Shown: piece by piece, positions 19,041 to 27,455 of the stretch
Layout: the number at the start of each line of letters is the position of its first letter
Numbering within the stretch: position 1 is the stretch's first letter
DNA from: Candidatus Woesearchaeota archaeon
GTDB lineage: Archaea; Nanobdellota; Nanobdellia; SCGC-AAA011-G17; JAGVZF01
Length of the DNA stretch: 51,290 nucleotides
Assembly (NCBI GenBank): GCA_018302805.1
Contig: JAGVZD010000001.1
Coordinates: forward strand, 1 to 51,290
Direction: 5' to 3'
The notes under the pieces: model-generated
The model's input: the letters and a program-made list of their open reading frames with translations, nothing else
Databases searched by the model: none
Told to the model about the DNA's origin: nothing
Translations under genes and position numbers: made by a program

Positions 19041-21042
19041 CGTTTTCTTTCACATCCTCATATTCTTTTCGAACTTCACCAATGATTAATCCTATTAAAT
19101 CATCAATTCTTTTTATTTTGTAAATATTTGCTCCTCTTCCAGCTACTGAATTTGATAAGTTAGATGAATCTGAATGAATGAGAAATACTGCTAATTTATC
19201 ATGTTCAGTTATTGCTTTGTGAAAAACTTCTGTTGCCTGGTTATCATTTGATATCATGCAATCACTAATTAAACAAGTTAAGAGAGGATTTTTTGTTCCT
19301 TTGATTAGTTTATATGTCTCATCAATAGGAACTACTGTACCACCACCATAATAAGACATAATTGCTCTTTCAATGCTATTCATATCTGATGTGTAATATT
19401 GCTCTGTAACATTACTTTCGCCAGAAAAATTTAGAATGGCAACTTTGCCACCATTTTTTATTGAATATAATGAAGCTGCTTCTGCTGCTAAAATTGCTTT
19501 ATCATATTCTCCTCTTTGCTCTGGATTATCTGACATTGGACTCCAGCTCATACTTCCTGAAGAATCAATTGCAATGAAAATGTCTGGAATTGCCTTTAAC
19601 TTCCCTTTGTAATTAGAGGAGGTCATTTTTCTTTTGAAAGTTGTAATTCCAGGAATTGGCTTTCCAGATGACATAACAGAAGGAATTATTTCTAAACCAC
19701 CTTTACCCATAATTGGATCTCCAATATTCCAAGGCGTTTGGTAAGCTGGAACTTTTTCAGCTCTTTGATTTTCTAGCTCATTAATTGACATTAATAATTC
19801 TCGAGCTCTTGCTCTGTACATTAATCTAAGTAAGTCATCAGGTTCTAATTTTGTTAAAGCACCCATTGTACCCGCAAATTTTCCAGGAGATTTTTTATTT
19901 CTTTGATAAATCTCATCTATAATTCTTTCATCTATAGAATCAGCTATTTGATCAGCTTCACTTTGGGATTCATTTCTATCATGGCTTTGTTTAGATTCTT
20001 TTGCTCCAGATCCTTCTCCTTTCCTATACTTCTTGTATTTCCCTTTACCAGAGCCAATTTTACTTTCTGTTGGATTTCCCATTTGAGTTTGAACATCATC
20101 AGGTATTGGTAAATTATTACCACTTTGTTTTTGATCTCCATATCTACTTTTTCCACCTTGTTGCTGCATGTCTTGCACATCTTGTTTAATGATTGGTTCT
20201 AAAATAGCTGCAAATTTTCTAACTTTATCTTCCCATGTATCTCTATTTCTATAATCATTTCCCAGAACTTTAACAAGATCTTCAGCTGCCTTTTCAGTTA
20301 CCGGATTTCTTTTTTGAACAACATCATTTAAACCAAGATCTTCCTGCCACAATTTTTCATATGAAGATACTAAGGTTTGCCATATCATAGAAGGTTTTTG
20401 AGGCGTATTTCTTGCTTCCCTTACAAATTCTTTGGTTCTCCAAACTGTTAAATCTGAAAAATCATCTCGTCCATATGATTTTCTAGCTAATAAAGTATCT
20501 CCGATTAAGTCTCCCATTATATTCATAGCTAAAAAAGAATAATCTGCTGCTAAGTGCTTATTTTTTGCAATGTTGGGATCAGTAAAACCTTTTATTGCTG
20601 AATCTATAAGTATTGCTTCTGTCACAGCATCAGATGGGACTTGAGTGAAATGTGCTCCACATTCATGTTGAAATAGACTCCTAGCTAGCAGCTTATGTTC
20701 TTTACCTTTTGATTTTTTATCATATTCAGAAAGATATCTTTCTAAATTAGATTCTCCTTCTATTTTTTTGGGCATATCTTGAACATTGAAGCGAATTTGC
20801 CAAGTCTTAGTGTCAATGGCAAAACCTCTAGGAATATGCTTTCTGGGATCGTCTTCTTTACCTTTTTCTGCATTGTTGATGATTTTTGGATCAGGTAAAT
20901 TTGAAACATAAAGGTCCCAACAAGCATGTCTAAAAGCCTGAATAATATCTTCTTCTGTAAAACCTTCGATTCCAGTTGCTAAATTCTCTAGTTTTGGTTT
21001 TTTTTGCTTCGAGCTAGTTCCGTATTTTTCAAAAAGAGGCAT
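19030..21042 (-). CDS. VWA-domain protein, probable MoxR partner
   Basis: MIDAS motif IAIDSSGSM, GGGT, LISD; N-terminal HECGAH; central Q/G/K-rich linker typical of MoxR-associated VWA proteins. Confidence 0.85.
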   Translation of the reverse strand: MPLFEKYGTSSKQKKPKLENLATGIEGFTEEDIIQAFRHACWDLYVSNLPDPKIINNAEKGKEDDPRKHIPRGFAIDTKTWQIRFNVQDMPKKIEGESNLERYLSEYDKKSKGKEHKLLARSLFQHECGAHFTQVPSDAVTEAILIDSAIKGFTDPNIAKNKHLAADYSFLAMNIMGDLIGDTLLARKSYGRDDFSDLTVWRTKEFVREARNTPQKPSMIWQTLVSSYEKLWQEDLGLNDVVQKRNPVTEKAAEDLVKVLGNDYRNRDTWEDKVRKFAAILEPIIKQDVQDMQQQGGKSRYGDQKQSGNNLPIPDDVQTQMGNPTESKIGSGKGKYKKYRKGEGSGAKESKQSHDRNESQSEADQIADSIDERIIDEIYQRNKKSPGKFAGTMGALTKLEPDDLLRLMYRARARELLMSINELENQRAEKVPAYQTPWNIGDPIMGKGGLEIIPSVMSSGKPIPGITTFKRKMTSSNYKGKLKAIPDIFIAIDSSGSMSWSPMSDNPEQRGEYDKAILAAEAASLYSIKNGGKVAILNFSGESNVTEQYYTSDMNSIERAIMSYYGGGTVVPIDETYKLIKGTKNPLLTCLISDCMISNDNQATEVFHKAITEHDKLAVFLIHSDSSNLSNSVAGRGANIYKIKRIDDLIGLIIGEVRKEYEDVKENDAD

Positions 21043-21080
21043 TTTGGATCAAATCTTATTATTTTAGGCCATTTTGATAG

Positions 21081-21094
21081 TTTATAAATCTTTC
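21081..21094 (-). promoter_or_regulatory. BRE/TATA promoter of the VWA-led sub-operon
   Basis: GAAAGATTTATAAA about 39 nt upstream of the VWA ATG; differs from the element at 11967-11980 by one base. Confidence 0.6.
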
Positions 21095-21240
21095 TAATTA
21101 TTATTTCTTAATAGTGGTAACAGTATATTAATTTTAAATATCTTATAAATGGGTTTAAAATAACTTTAGCAGGCGATTCTAAATATTCATTTCTTTGTAT
21201 TTTATTATTAAATGAAATTAAGTAAATAAAATTATTAATT

Positions 21241-21984
21241 CTAGCATTTCTGAGCCTTAAAAGTCATGGGAAAGGTCAAAGGATCACCTACTATATGTGG
21301 ACGAAAAACTTCTTTTTCAGTGTTTAAATTGAATCGTCTTTCTATTATATCAGATCCTCCATATGTTGCAACATTACCATCTCTTTGTGGTGAATGATAT
21401 TTAATTAGGAAATTTCCATAATTGGATTTTGAATAAGGTAATCCAAAACTGTTAGGTGTAGCAAGGAAATTGTCTAATGTTAAACAACAATCTGAAATTA
21501 AGAAATCAAATGGATTTAGAAAATGTCTATCATGTGCTACTGGGCCTTCACTAGTATTAAGATGATTATAATAAATAAATTTGGCATCACCCTGTATTCT
21601 AAATTCAGTATCTAACCAAATTAATTTATCTGTATTAATAATATTATTAAATTTATATATTAAAAATTTTGGATTTAATTTTCTTTTATATTGATCACAG
21701 GCATTACCAGATTTTAGAAGTTTTAAATAATCAATGAATTGTCTAGGCGTTAACATAAAAGAATCTAAGTCATCTAATAATTCGTGTGCATAATCCCAAT
21801 TTTGTGCAGGTAAATAAGTTGTAGAAATTAATAGATCTGGATAGTTATAATTTTTATATTGCTTCCCTTCTAGGAAAATTTGTGTAAGAGATGTAATTGG
21901 CGGATATTTTTCTCTTTTTGGGGTAATTTTTTGCTTGATGTACCGATGTCCTTTCAAGTTTCCCAAATAATCATCTATTGGCAT
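21241..21984 (-). CDS. MPID-tag protein, divergent group A (247 aa)
   Basis: MPIDDYLGNLK; LEGK....Y.YPDLLI, FMLTPRQFIDYLKLLKSG, FGLP. Confidence 0.8.
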   Translation of the reverse strand: MPIDDYLGNLKGHRYIKQKITPKREKYPPITSLTQIFLEGKQYKNYNYPDLLISTTYLPAQNWDYAHELLDDLDSFMLTPRQFIDYLKLLKSGNACDQYKRKLNPKFLIYKFNNIINTDKLIWLDTEFRIQGDAKFIYYNHLNTSEGPVAHDRHFLNPFDFLISDCCLTLDNFLATPNSFGLPYSKSNYGNFLIKYHSPQRDGNVATYGGSDIIERRFNLNTEKEVFRPHIVGDPLTFPMTFKAQKC

Positions 21985-21985
21985 T

Positions 21986-22699
21986 TTATTTTATTAATTT
22001 TGCTGGACGTACTCCAAGCCAAGTAGCTAAGAACGATGGACTACCATGCAATATTAAGTCAATCCCCCCAGAATTTGCATTAAACCATGTGGCCCCACCT
22101 TCTCTTAGATACCAAAAGTAGACATTTCCCCTTGCAATATCTTTTCTCGGAAGACCTTGGGTATTGGCATCACTTAACCATTCATCTAGGTCTATTTGTT
22201 TATCTTCCATCAAAGTATCTTGATCTAATTTATCTGGCATAATTATTGGCTGATCATCTGAGTTAAATTTATAATAGTCTATTGTTGTAGTCTCTCCTCG
22301 AATGGTAAATTTATTATTCAACCATTCTGCTCTCCATGGATCTCTAACTGCATAAATATTATTAAGAATTTCAACAACCTTTTCTTCAAATATCCTATCT
22401 CCATTTGCGTCATAAGCAGTTCCTGATTTTAATATATTAAGAAAATCAATATATTGTCTTAAATTTAGCATAACCGAATCTTCCTGATGCAAAATTTTAA
22501 GGGTCTCCAACCAAGTCAAGTTATAATGGGATCTTTCCATTGAAACTAATAGATTAGGATATGAAAAAGTTTTATGCGATCTACCTTCAAGAATAACATA
22601 ATTTTCAGGGTTTTCAATAAATTCATAAGGAACAGGATTTACAAATTTATGAAAAGATCTTGCTCCTTGGATTTTTTCTAAATATTTATCAATTGGCAT
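21986..22699 (-). CDS. MPID-tag protein, group A (237 aa)
   Basis: MPIDKYLEKIQ; RDPWRAEWLN, QGLP, ATWFNANSGGIDL...WLGVRPAK. Confidence 0.8.
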   Translation of the reverse strand: MPIDKYLEKIQGARSFHKFVNPVPYEFIENPENYVILEGRSHKTFSYPNLLVSMERSHYNLTWLETLKILHQEDSVMLNLRQYIDFLNILKSGTAYDANGDRIFEEKVVEILNNIYAVRDPWRAEWLNNKFTIRGETTTIDYYKFNSDDQPIIMPDKLDQDTLMEDKQIDLDEWLSDANTQGLPRKDIARGNVYFWYLREGGATWFNANSGGIDLILHGSPSFLATWLGVRPAKLIK

Positions 22700-22729
22700 A
22701 ATTAAAAATAGTGAAGAAAATAATAAAAA

Positions 22730-23293
22730 TTATATGTTTTCAGGCAAAGGTATTGGTAAATTTATATCTCCCAATTCCTTTGGAAGAAATTGATCTTTGA
22801 GCAGATTAACTAAGTATTCTTTTACATCAATTTTAAATGAGAATGGAATAGGATAATTTCTAATAATTGGGAAATCAATTATAGCTTTTCCATCTAAAAC
22901 AGCAAAAACATTTTCTTTTGTTAAAATATCCCTTGAAGTTTTTAATGTCGAAGGGAATGTGGCTTCATGATTAATTGTAATTTTTGTTGTTGATGAACTT
23001 TTTAAAGTAAATTTTGGGACTGCTCCAAGACCTATCTGATCATTTGTATCTTCTAATGTTAATCTATAATTAACTGCCTTTATCGGAATTGCTATCTTAC
23101 TCGGATTATTAACATAAAGATTAACCTTAATACTAAATGAGCTGCTATTAATTATTTTAAATTCTTCAATTTCAGTTTTTTCAAGTTTTACATTCACTAA
23201 ATCTTTGGCATAATAAGCAAAAATTCCTATAGCTACAATTAATATAATAAATAAAGATAAGATTACTAATAGTATTATAAAAATCTTCTTCAT
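22730..23293 (-). CDS. LEA type 2 (WHy-domain) membrane-anchored protein
   Basis: N-terminal TM helix; V.NPS.I.IPI..VNY.L...IG.G pattern. Confidence 0.75.
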   Translation of the reverse strand: MKKIFIILLVILSLFIILIVAIGIFAYYAKDLVNVKLEKTEIEEFKIINSSSFSIKVNLYVNNPSKIAIPIKAVNYRLTLEDTNDQIGLGAVPKFTLKSSSTTKITINHEATFPSTLKTSRDILTKENVFAVLDGKAIIDFPIIRNYPIPFSFKIDVKEYLVNLLKDQFLPKELGDINLPIPLPENI

Positions 23294-23333
23294 AATTTAA
23301 ATATTAAATTTTCCTGGTTTAAAAAGTTTGTTA

Positions 23334-23618
23334 TTATTTAATTTGCTTATAATAAAGACCACCATCTAGGTAATAGGTTTCTTTCATTAATCCTTCCTGA
23401 GTCATATTTTTAATTTCATCCACTATAATCCCAGGTTCAAATTGTTTATAAGATCTTCTTATATTGGTAATTAAGTAATCTATTCTAATACCTAAAACTT
23501 CATATTTTGGAGATATTTCATTGATTGATTTTTCAATAATATGTCTTAAATCCTGATGAGCATAATTTGTTGATAATTCTGGCTCACCTACTTTTTGATT
23601 TTGATTGTCTAAAACCAT
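23334..23618 (-). CDS. Hypothetical protein (possible winged helix)
   Basis: 94-aa ORF with an upstream TATA-like element. Confidence 0.55.
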   Translation of the reverse strand: MVLDNQNQKVGEPELSTNYAHQDLRHIIEKSINEISPKYEVLGIRIDYLITNIRRSYKQFEPGIIVDEIKNMTQEGLMKETYYLDGGLYYKQIK

Positions 23619-23755
23619 TTTTTCGAGAGATCTAATAAGATTATACTATTATAAAAAATTAACTCTTTTATATTTTATTTAAGAAAACATATATTTTATT
23701 ATCAGAATCTTTAATAATATGAAATGTATCACTTAATATGGGGGGGTTAAATATA

Positions 23756-24244
23756 ATGAAAAAGAACCTATTTTTTGTATTTGTTGGAATATTGTTATTA
23801 GCTCTCTCCTCTTTTGGGGAAGCAAGCACCTGTTATATAGAAAAGCTTGATGTCAGATATGACTATACTTGGACAAGCGGTAGAGATTATCTTTTTAAGT
23901 TAAAAGTAACTAATCCTAGTACTGGCCAAGAATTAGATGAAGAAGGCGAGGACTTTAATTATAGGGATTTAAAATGGATTTATAGATTTGAAATAGATAA
24001 TCCTAGCCATTCTAATATTGTCAATTTAATATTAAAAAAAATAAGTTGGCATGGAGTTAGAATCAGAATGGATAACCTACAAGGAATACAAGGAGATACA
24101 AAATTTGAAGCTTTTATCTACAAAGGTGGACAATTGATAAAATACGACACAGCTATAATACCATTAACTTGTAATCTAGAAGTCAACGAACATAAAGATG
24201 TATACTTTGGCAATTTTAAGATTACTAAAGCTGAGAAATCTTAA
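23756..24244 (+). CDS. Secreted hypothetical protein
   Basis: MKKNLFFVFVGILLLALSSFGEA signal peptide; GGGGG SD-like run upstream supports this start. Confidence 0.7.
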   Translation: MKKNLFFVFVGILLLALSSFGEASTCYIEKLDVRYDYTWTSGRDYLFKLKVTNPSTGQELDEEGEDFNYRDLKWIYRFEIDNPSHSNIVNLILKKISWHGVRIRMDNLQGIQGDTKFEAFIYKGGQLIKYDTAIIPLTCNLEVNEHKDVYFGNFKITKAEKS

Positions 24245-24490
24245 TTTTTTCTTTTTTAAATTTTCAATTATTTAAGTTAAATGTAATATGTACAATATAT
24301 CAGTATGCCGTATATAAAAAAGAATTATGAAATTTATTCACAAAAGTTATTTTATACATCGAATATTCACAAATTCTATTCTAATATCTTTAATATTACC
24401 AAATTGGGCTAATTGTTGTTACTATTAAGATACATCAATAGAAGAATTTAAATACTAGTTGTACATCCTTATATTAGGAGTAAAGATAAA

Positions 24491-24943
24491 ATGGATAATC
24501 TAAAAGAAATTGTGAAACAATTCGCTGATAACTATAAAAATAATGGTCATGATATTGAAGGTGTAAATATATTAGAAGAGGAACTCTATCGCATGTCTGG
24601 AATTGATAGATCAGATCCTTCGGGTATTTTATTAATTCCAATTGATTCGCCCAACTTAGAGAATATTGGATCAGCTTGCGGTAATGTTGGAAATAGGATA
24701 TTTTCAAACAAGTCTCTTATTAGTTTTTTAAAAAATAAAAAGGTCGAAAAATTTTTAGGTATAATCTATGGTCCTAATGCTAATGAAACTTATGATAGAG
24801 GAGTAATAGCCTTAAATTCGGTTGCGTTGCCTATTACGGGAAGAGATGGCCATATTTTTGAATCACTTGCAACAAAGAATGGTGGGAGTTTCAGATATGA
24901 GAGGTCTAGAATTCAAGGCTGGTCAGTATTTGAATCAGAATAA
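24491..24943 (+). CDS. Hypothetical protein
   Basis: 150-aa ORF with an AGGAG SD upstream. Confidence 0.7.
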   Translation: MDNLKEIVKQFADNYKNNGHDIEGVNILEEELYRMSGIDRSDPSGILLIPIDSPNLENIGSACGNVGNRIFSNKSLISFLKNKKVEKFLGIIYGPNANETYDRGVIALNSVALPITGRDGHIFESLATKNGGSFRYERSRIQGWSVFESE

Positions 24944-24991
24944 AAAACTTTAAGACTATAAAGGATAATATCTACTTGAAGGGAGAATAAA

Positions 24992-25288
24992 ATGGATACA
25001 GAAAAAGAAAAATTAGAATCACTTGTGGTGAATATTCTTGGAAAATATAATTCAGACCCTCAAACTCAAGCTAAAGAAACTCTAAGAATTGCTACTGAAG
25101 TTGCAAATGAGATTAAAAAGGCAAGAACTAAATGTCAATCAATAACTCAAATAGAAGGTCACCCAGCATCTATTATTGGATTGAAAATGACTGGTAAAAC
25201 TGGAGTTGATTTAATTGGTATAACTTATGTTTCAAATTGGCAAAGATTAGAAAGAACTTATTTAAAAGAAGATTTTTATAATATTTAA
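24992..25288 (+). CDS. Hypothetical protein
   Basis: 98-aa ORF with a GGGAG SD upstream. Confidence 0.7.
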   Translation: MDTEKEKLESLVVNILGKYNSDPQTQAKETLRIATEVANEIKKARTKCQSITQIEGHPASIIGLKMTGKTGVDLIGITYVSNWQRLERTYLKEDFYNI

Positions 25289-25395
25289 TATATTACAAAA
25301 AAGTGCTCTTTTTATTTTGATTCTTTTTGATATATTATTTTACACAAAATCATTAAATTCATAAGATTTATTAATTGCTAATATTTTATTATTTT

Positions 25396-26355
25396 ATGTC
25401 CTCAAATAACCAATTGAAATTTATCCTACCATTATTATCTATTACAGTTTTATTAATTTTTGGATCTAATTATTATCTTTATAACAAGCTTACTGATGAA
25501 TATAGTAATCAAGTAACTTCTTTAAACCAAAAAATAGATAGTCTTGAGAAGGATTTAAATGACCAAGTTGAATATGAAAAAAAATTAAGATCGGAACAAC
25601 TTAAGCAGCTTGATCAAAAAGCAAGTAATATAGAAAAAAATTTGGAATCGCAAGTAAATGATGTAAGTTCAAATATTGAAGAAGTAAGAAGCAATACAGA
25701 ACAAAATTTACAAGATATTAGTAATAAGGTTGGTGGTATAGAAAAGAAGAGTTCCTTATTAGAAAATAAACTTTCGCAAATTGAAGTTTCAAGCTCTGAT
25801 TTTTCAAGTATTATTGAAGATGTTGTTAAGACTGTTGTTAGTGTGAGAACAAATATTGGGCAAGGTAGTGGTGTAATTATAGATTCCAGAGGTTATATTG
25901 TTACAAGCGATCATGTAATTGATGGAGCTACTGAAATTAATGTAATTGATTATAGTGGAGGCAGTTACAGTGCAACTCTTGTAAGAAGGGATACTAATTT
26001 GGATTTAGCAGTACTTTTAGTTAATAGCGTTAATTCATTTTCATATTTACAATTGGAGGATGAAGGTAATATTGGTGTAGGAGATCGAGTCATTGCAGTT
26101 GGAAATCCTTTAGGATTAGCATTCAGTGTAACAGAAGGCATAATCAGTGCTGAAAATAGACATATGGATGATTCTGGAATTGGGTACTTACAAACAGATG
26201 TTTCTATTAACCCTGGTAATTCTGGGGGGCCATTAGTAAATTCAGGTAAAAAAATAGTCGGAATTGCAACTAAAAAGATTGTTAATACAGAAGGTCTAGG
26301 ATTTGCTATACCCTCCAATATTGTAAAGAATTTTGTGGCTCAATCATTACCTTAA
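25396..26355 (+). CDS. Membrane-anchored HtrA-like trypsin serine protease with a coiled-coil stalk and no PDZ domain
   Basis: GSGVII, TSDHVI (His), DLAVL (Asp), INPGNSGGPL (Ser); N-terminal TM and heptads. Confidence 0.9.
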   Translation: MSSNNQLKFILPLLSITVLLIFGSNYYLYNKLTDEYSNQVTSLNQKIDSLEKDLNDQVEYEKKLRSEQLKQLDQKASNIEKNLESQVNDVSSNIEEVRSNTEQNLQDISNKVGGIEKKSSLLENKLSQIEVSSSDFSSIIEDVVKTVVSVRTNIGQGSGVIIDSRGYIVTSDHVIDGATEINVIDYSGGSYSATLVRRDTNLDLAVLLVNSVNSFSYLQLEDEGNIGVGDRVIAVGNPLGLAFSVTEGIISAENRHMDDSGIGYLQTDVSINPGNSGGPLVNSGKKIVGIATKKIVNTEGLGFAIPSNIVKNFVAQSLP

Positions 26356-26405
26356 AATAGTCAGTAAAAGAAAGTTTTATAAAGCTTTATTTATAAAAAA
26401 AAATC

Positions 26406-26603
26406 ATGATAATCCCAATTAGGTGTTTTGGTTGCGGTACTCCAGTCGGTCACTTGTATGAAGATTACTTAGAAAGACTTAAGAATGGCCAAGAAAAAGG
26501 TAAAGCTATGACTGAATTGGGATTAAATAGATACTGTTGCAGAGCTTTATTCTTAGGACATGTAGATTTAATTGATACTGTTGCTCAATTTAAGAAATTC
26601 TAA
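26406..26603 (+). CDS. rpoN: DNA-directed RNA polymerase subunit N (Rpo10)
   Basis: MIIPIRCFGCG...LGLNRYCCR..FL.HVD. Confidence 0.96.
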   Translation: MIIPIRCFGCGTPVGHLYEDYLERLKNGQEKGKAMTELGLNRYCCRALFLGHVDLIDTVAQFKKF

Positions 26604-26702
26604 GAAATTTGATTAGACTAAAATTTAATTAGTAACATTTAAATAGTTTGATACTATTTTATAAAAATATTATTGTTGGGGTTGTAGTGATTTGATTTGA
26701 TC

Positions 26703-27449
26703 ATGAGGCAGAAGATTAAACAGATATTAACGAGGAAAGCCTCTGCAATTACATTTCTTTTAGGTATGGGTGGCGCAACTCTAGGAAATTCTGAAACTAT
26801 TGCGCAAGAATGTGCAAATATTCAAAACATTTGGGGAAAAGCTTACCAAGCAAATGGAATTAATACAATACCCTCAGGTCAAAGAATATATATTCAATCA
26901 ATAAATCGGGAACCTATTGATACTTTAACAACATTTACAGCTGTAGATACAACCGGATGGTATGATTTTGATATGCCTATTGGAACTCTTGGCAATGGAG
27001 AAGAAATTAGCCATGGTTCTACTTTTTTAATGATCTGGCAAAGTCCAAGTGGACCCAGAAGATTATGTACTTTAAATGGATGTGATAGTACAAGAGTTTA
27101 TTGCAATTACTTTGGAAGGAGTAATGTAAAAGATTCTGGAATTAGAGTTGGTATAGATGATATATCTTTAGAAAATCAGTTGTTAGAATTTAAAGCTAAT
27201 CCAAATCCATTTCATTCATTTACTGATATTAGTATTGAATTAGATACACGGAAAGAGATTTCCTTAGAAATTTATAATATACTTGGGGAAAGGATTTACT
27301 CTATTGATAAAGTTTTGTCTCAAGGGATTAATAACATTAGGTGGGATGGAGTTAATGCAAAGGGAGACGTAGTATCAAGTGGGATATATATTGCTAAAAT
27401 ACAACTAGATGAGGCAAAAGGAACAAAAAAATTTATTAAGTTAAGGTAG
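26703..27449 (+). CDS. Secreted protein with a T9SS type-A sorting / FlgD Ig-like C-terminal domain
   Basis: NPNPF...T.I...LEIYNILGE.I...WDG.N..G..VSSGIYIAKI...KFIKLR; N-terminal hydrophobic segment. Confidence 0.75.
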   Translation: MRQKIKQILTRKASAITFLLGMGGATLGNSETIAQECANIQNIWGKAYQANGINTIPSGQRIYIQSINREPIDTLTTFTAVDTTGWYDFDMPIGTLGNGEEISHGSTFLMIWQSPSGPRRLCTLNGCDSTRVYCNYFGRSNVKDSGIRVGIDDISLENQLLEFKANPNPFHSFTDISIELDTRKEISLEIYNILGERIYSIDKVLSQGINNIRWDGVNAKGDVVSSGIYIAKIQLDEAKGTKKFIKLR

Positions 27450-27455
27450 TATAAA

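Noticed and set aside
19030..21042. VWA N-terminus (MPLFEKY...KLENL) as an 18th tag copy
   Set aside because: It shares only MP and a displaced LENL; it lacks ID and the spacing of the consensus.
5999..22699. Integron-like cassette array or CRISPR-like repeat explanation for the recurring ATGCCAAT[AT]GA sequence
   Set aside because: The repeat is the coding start of each gene and varies at synonymous positions. There is no room for attC-like palindromes between genes, and no integrase or cas gene is present.
5999..22699. Complete DGR cassette in this window
   Set aside because: No reverse transcriptase ORF is present, and I found no AAC-rich template repeat in the intergenic gaps (11937-12010, 21043-21240).
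5999..22699. Provirus or integrated plasmid
   Set aside because: No capsid, terminase, portal, integrase or replication gene was recognised, and no att duplication was seen.
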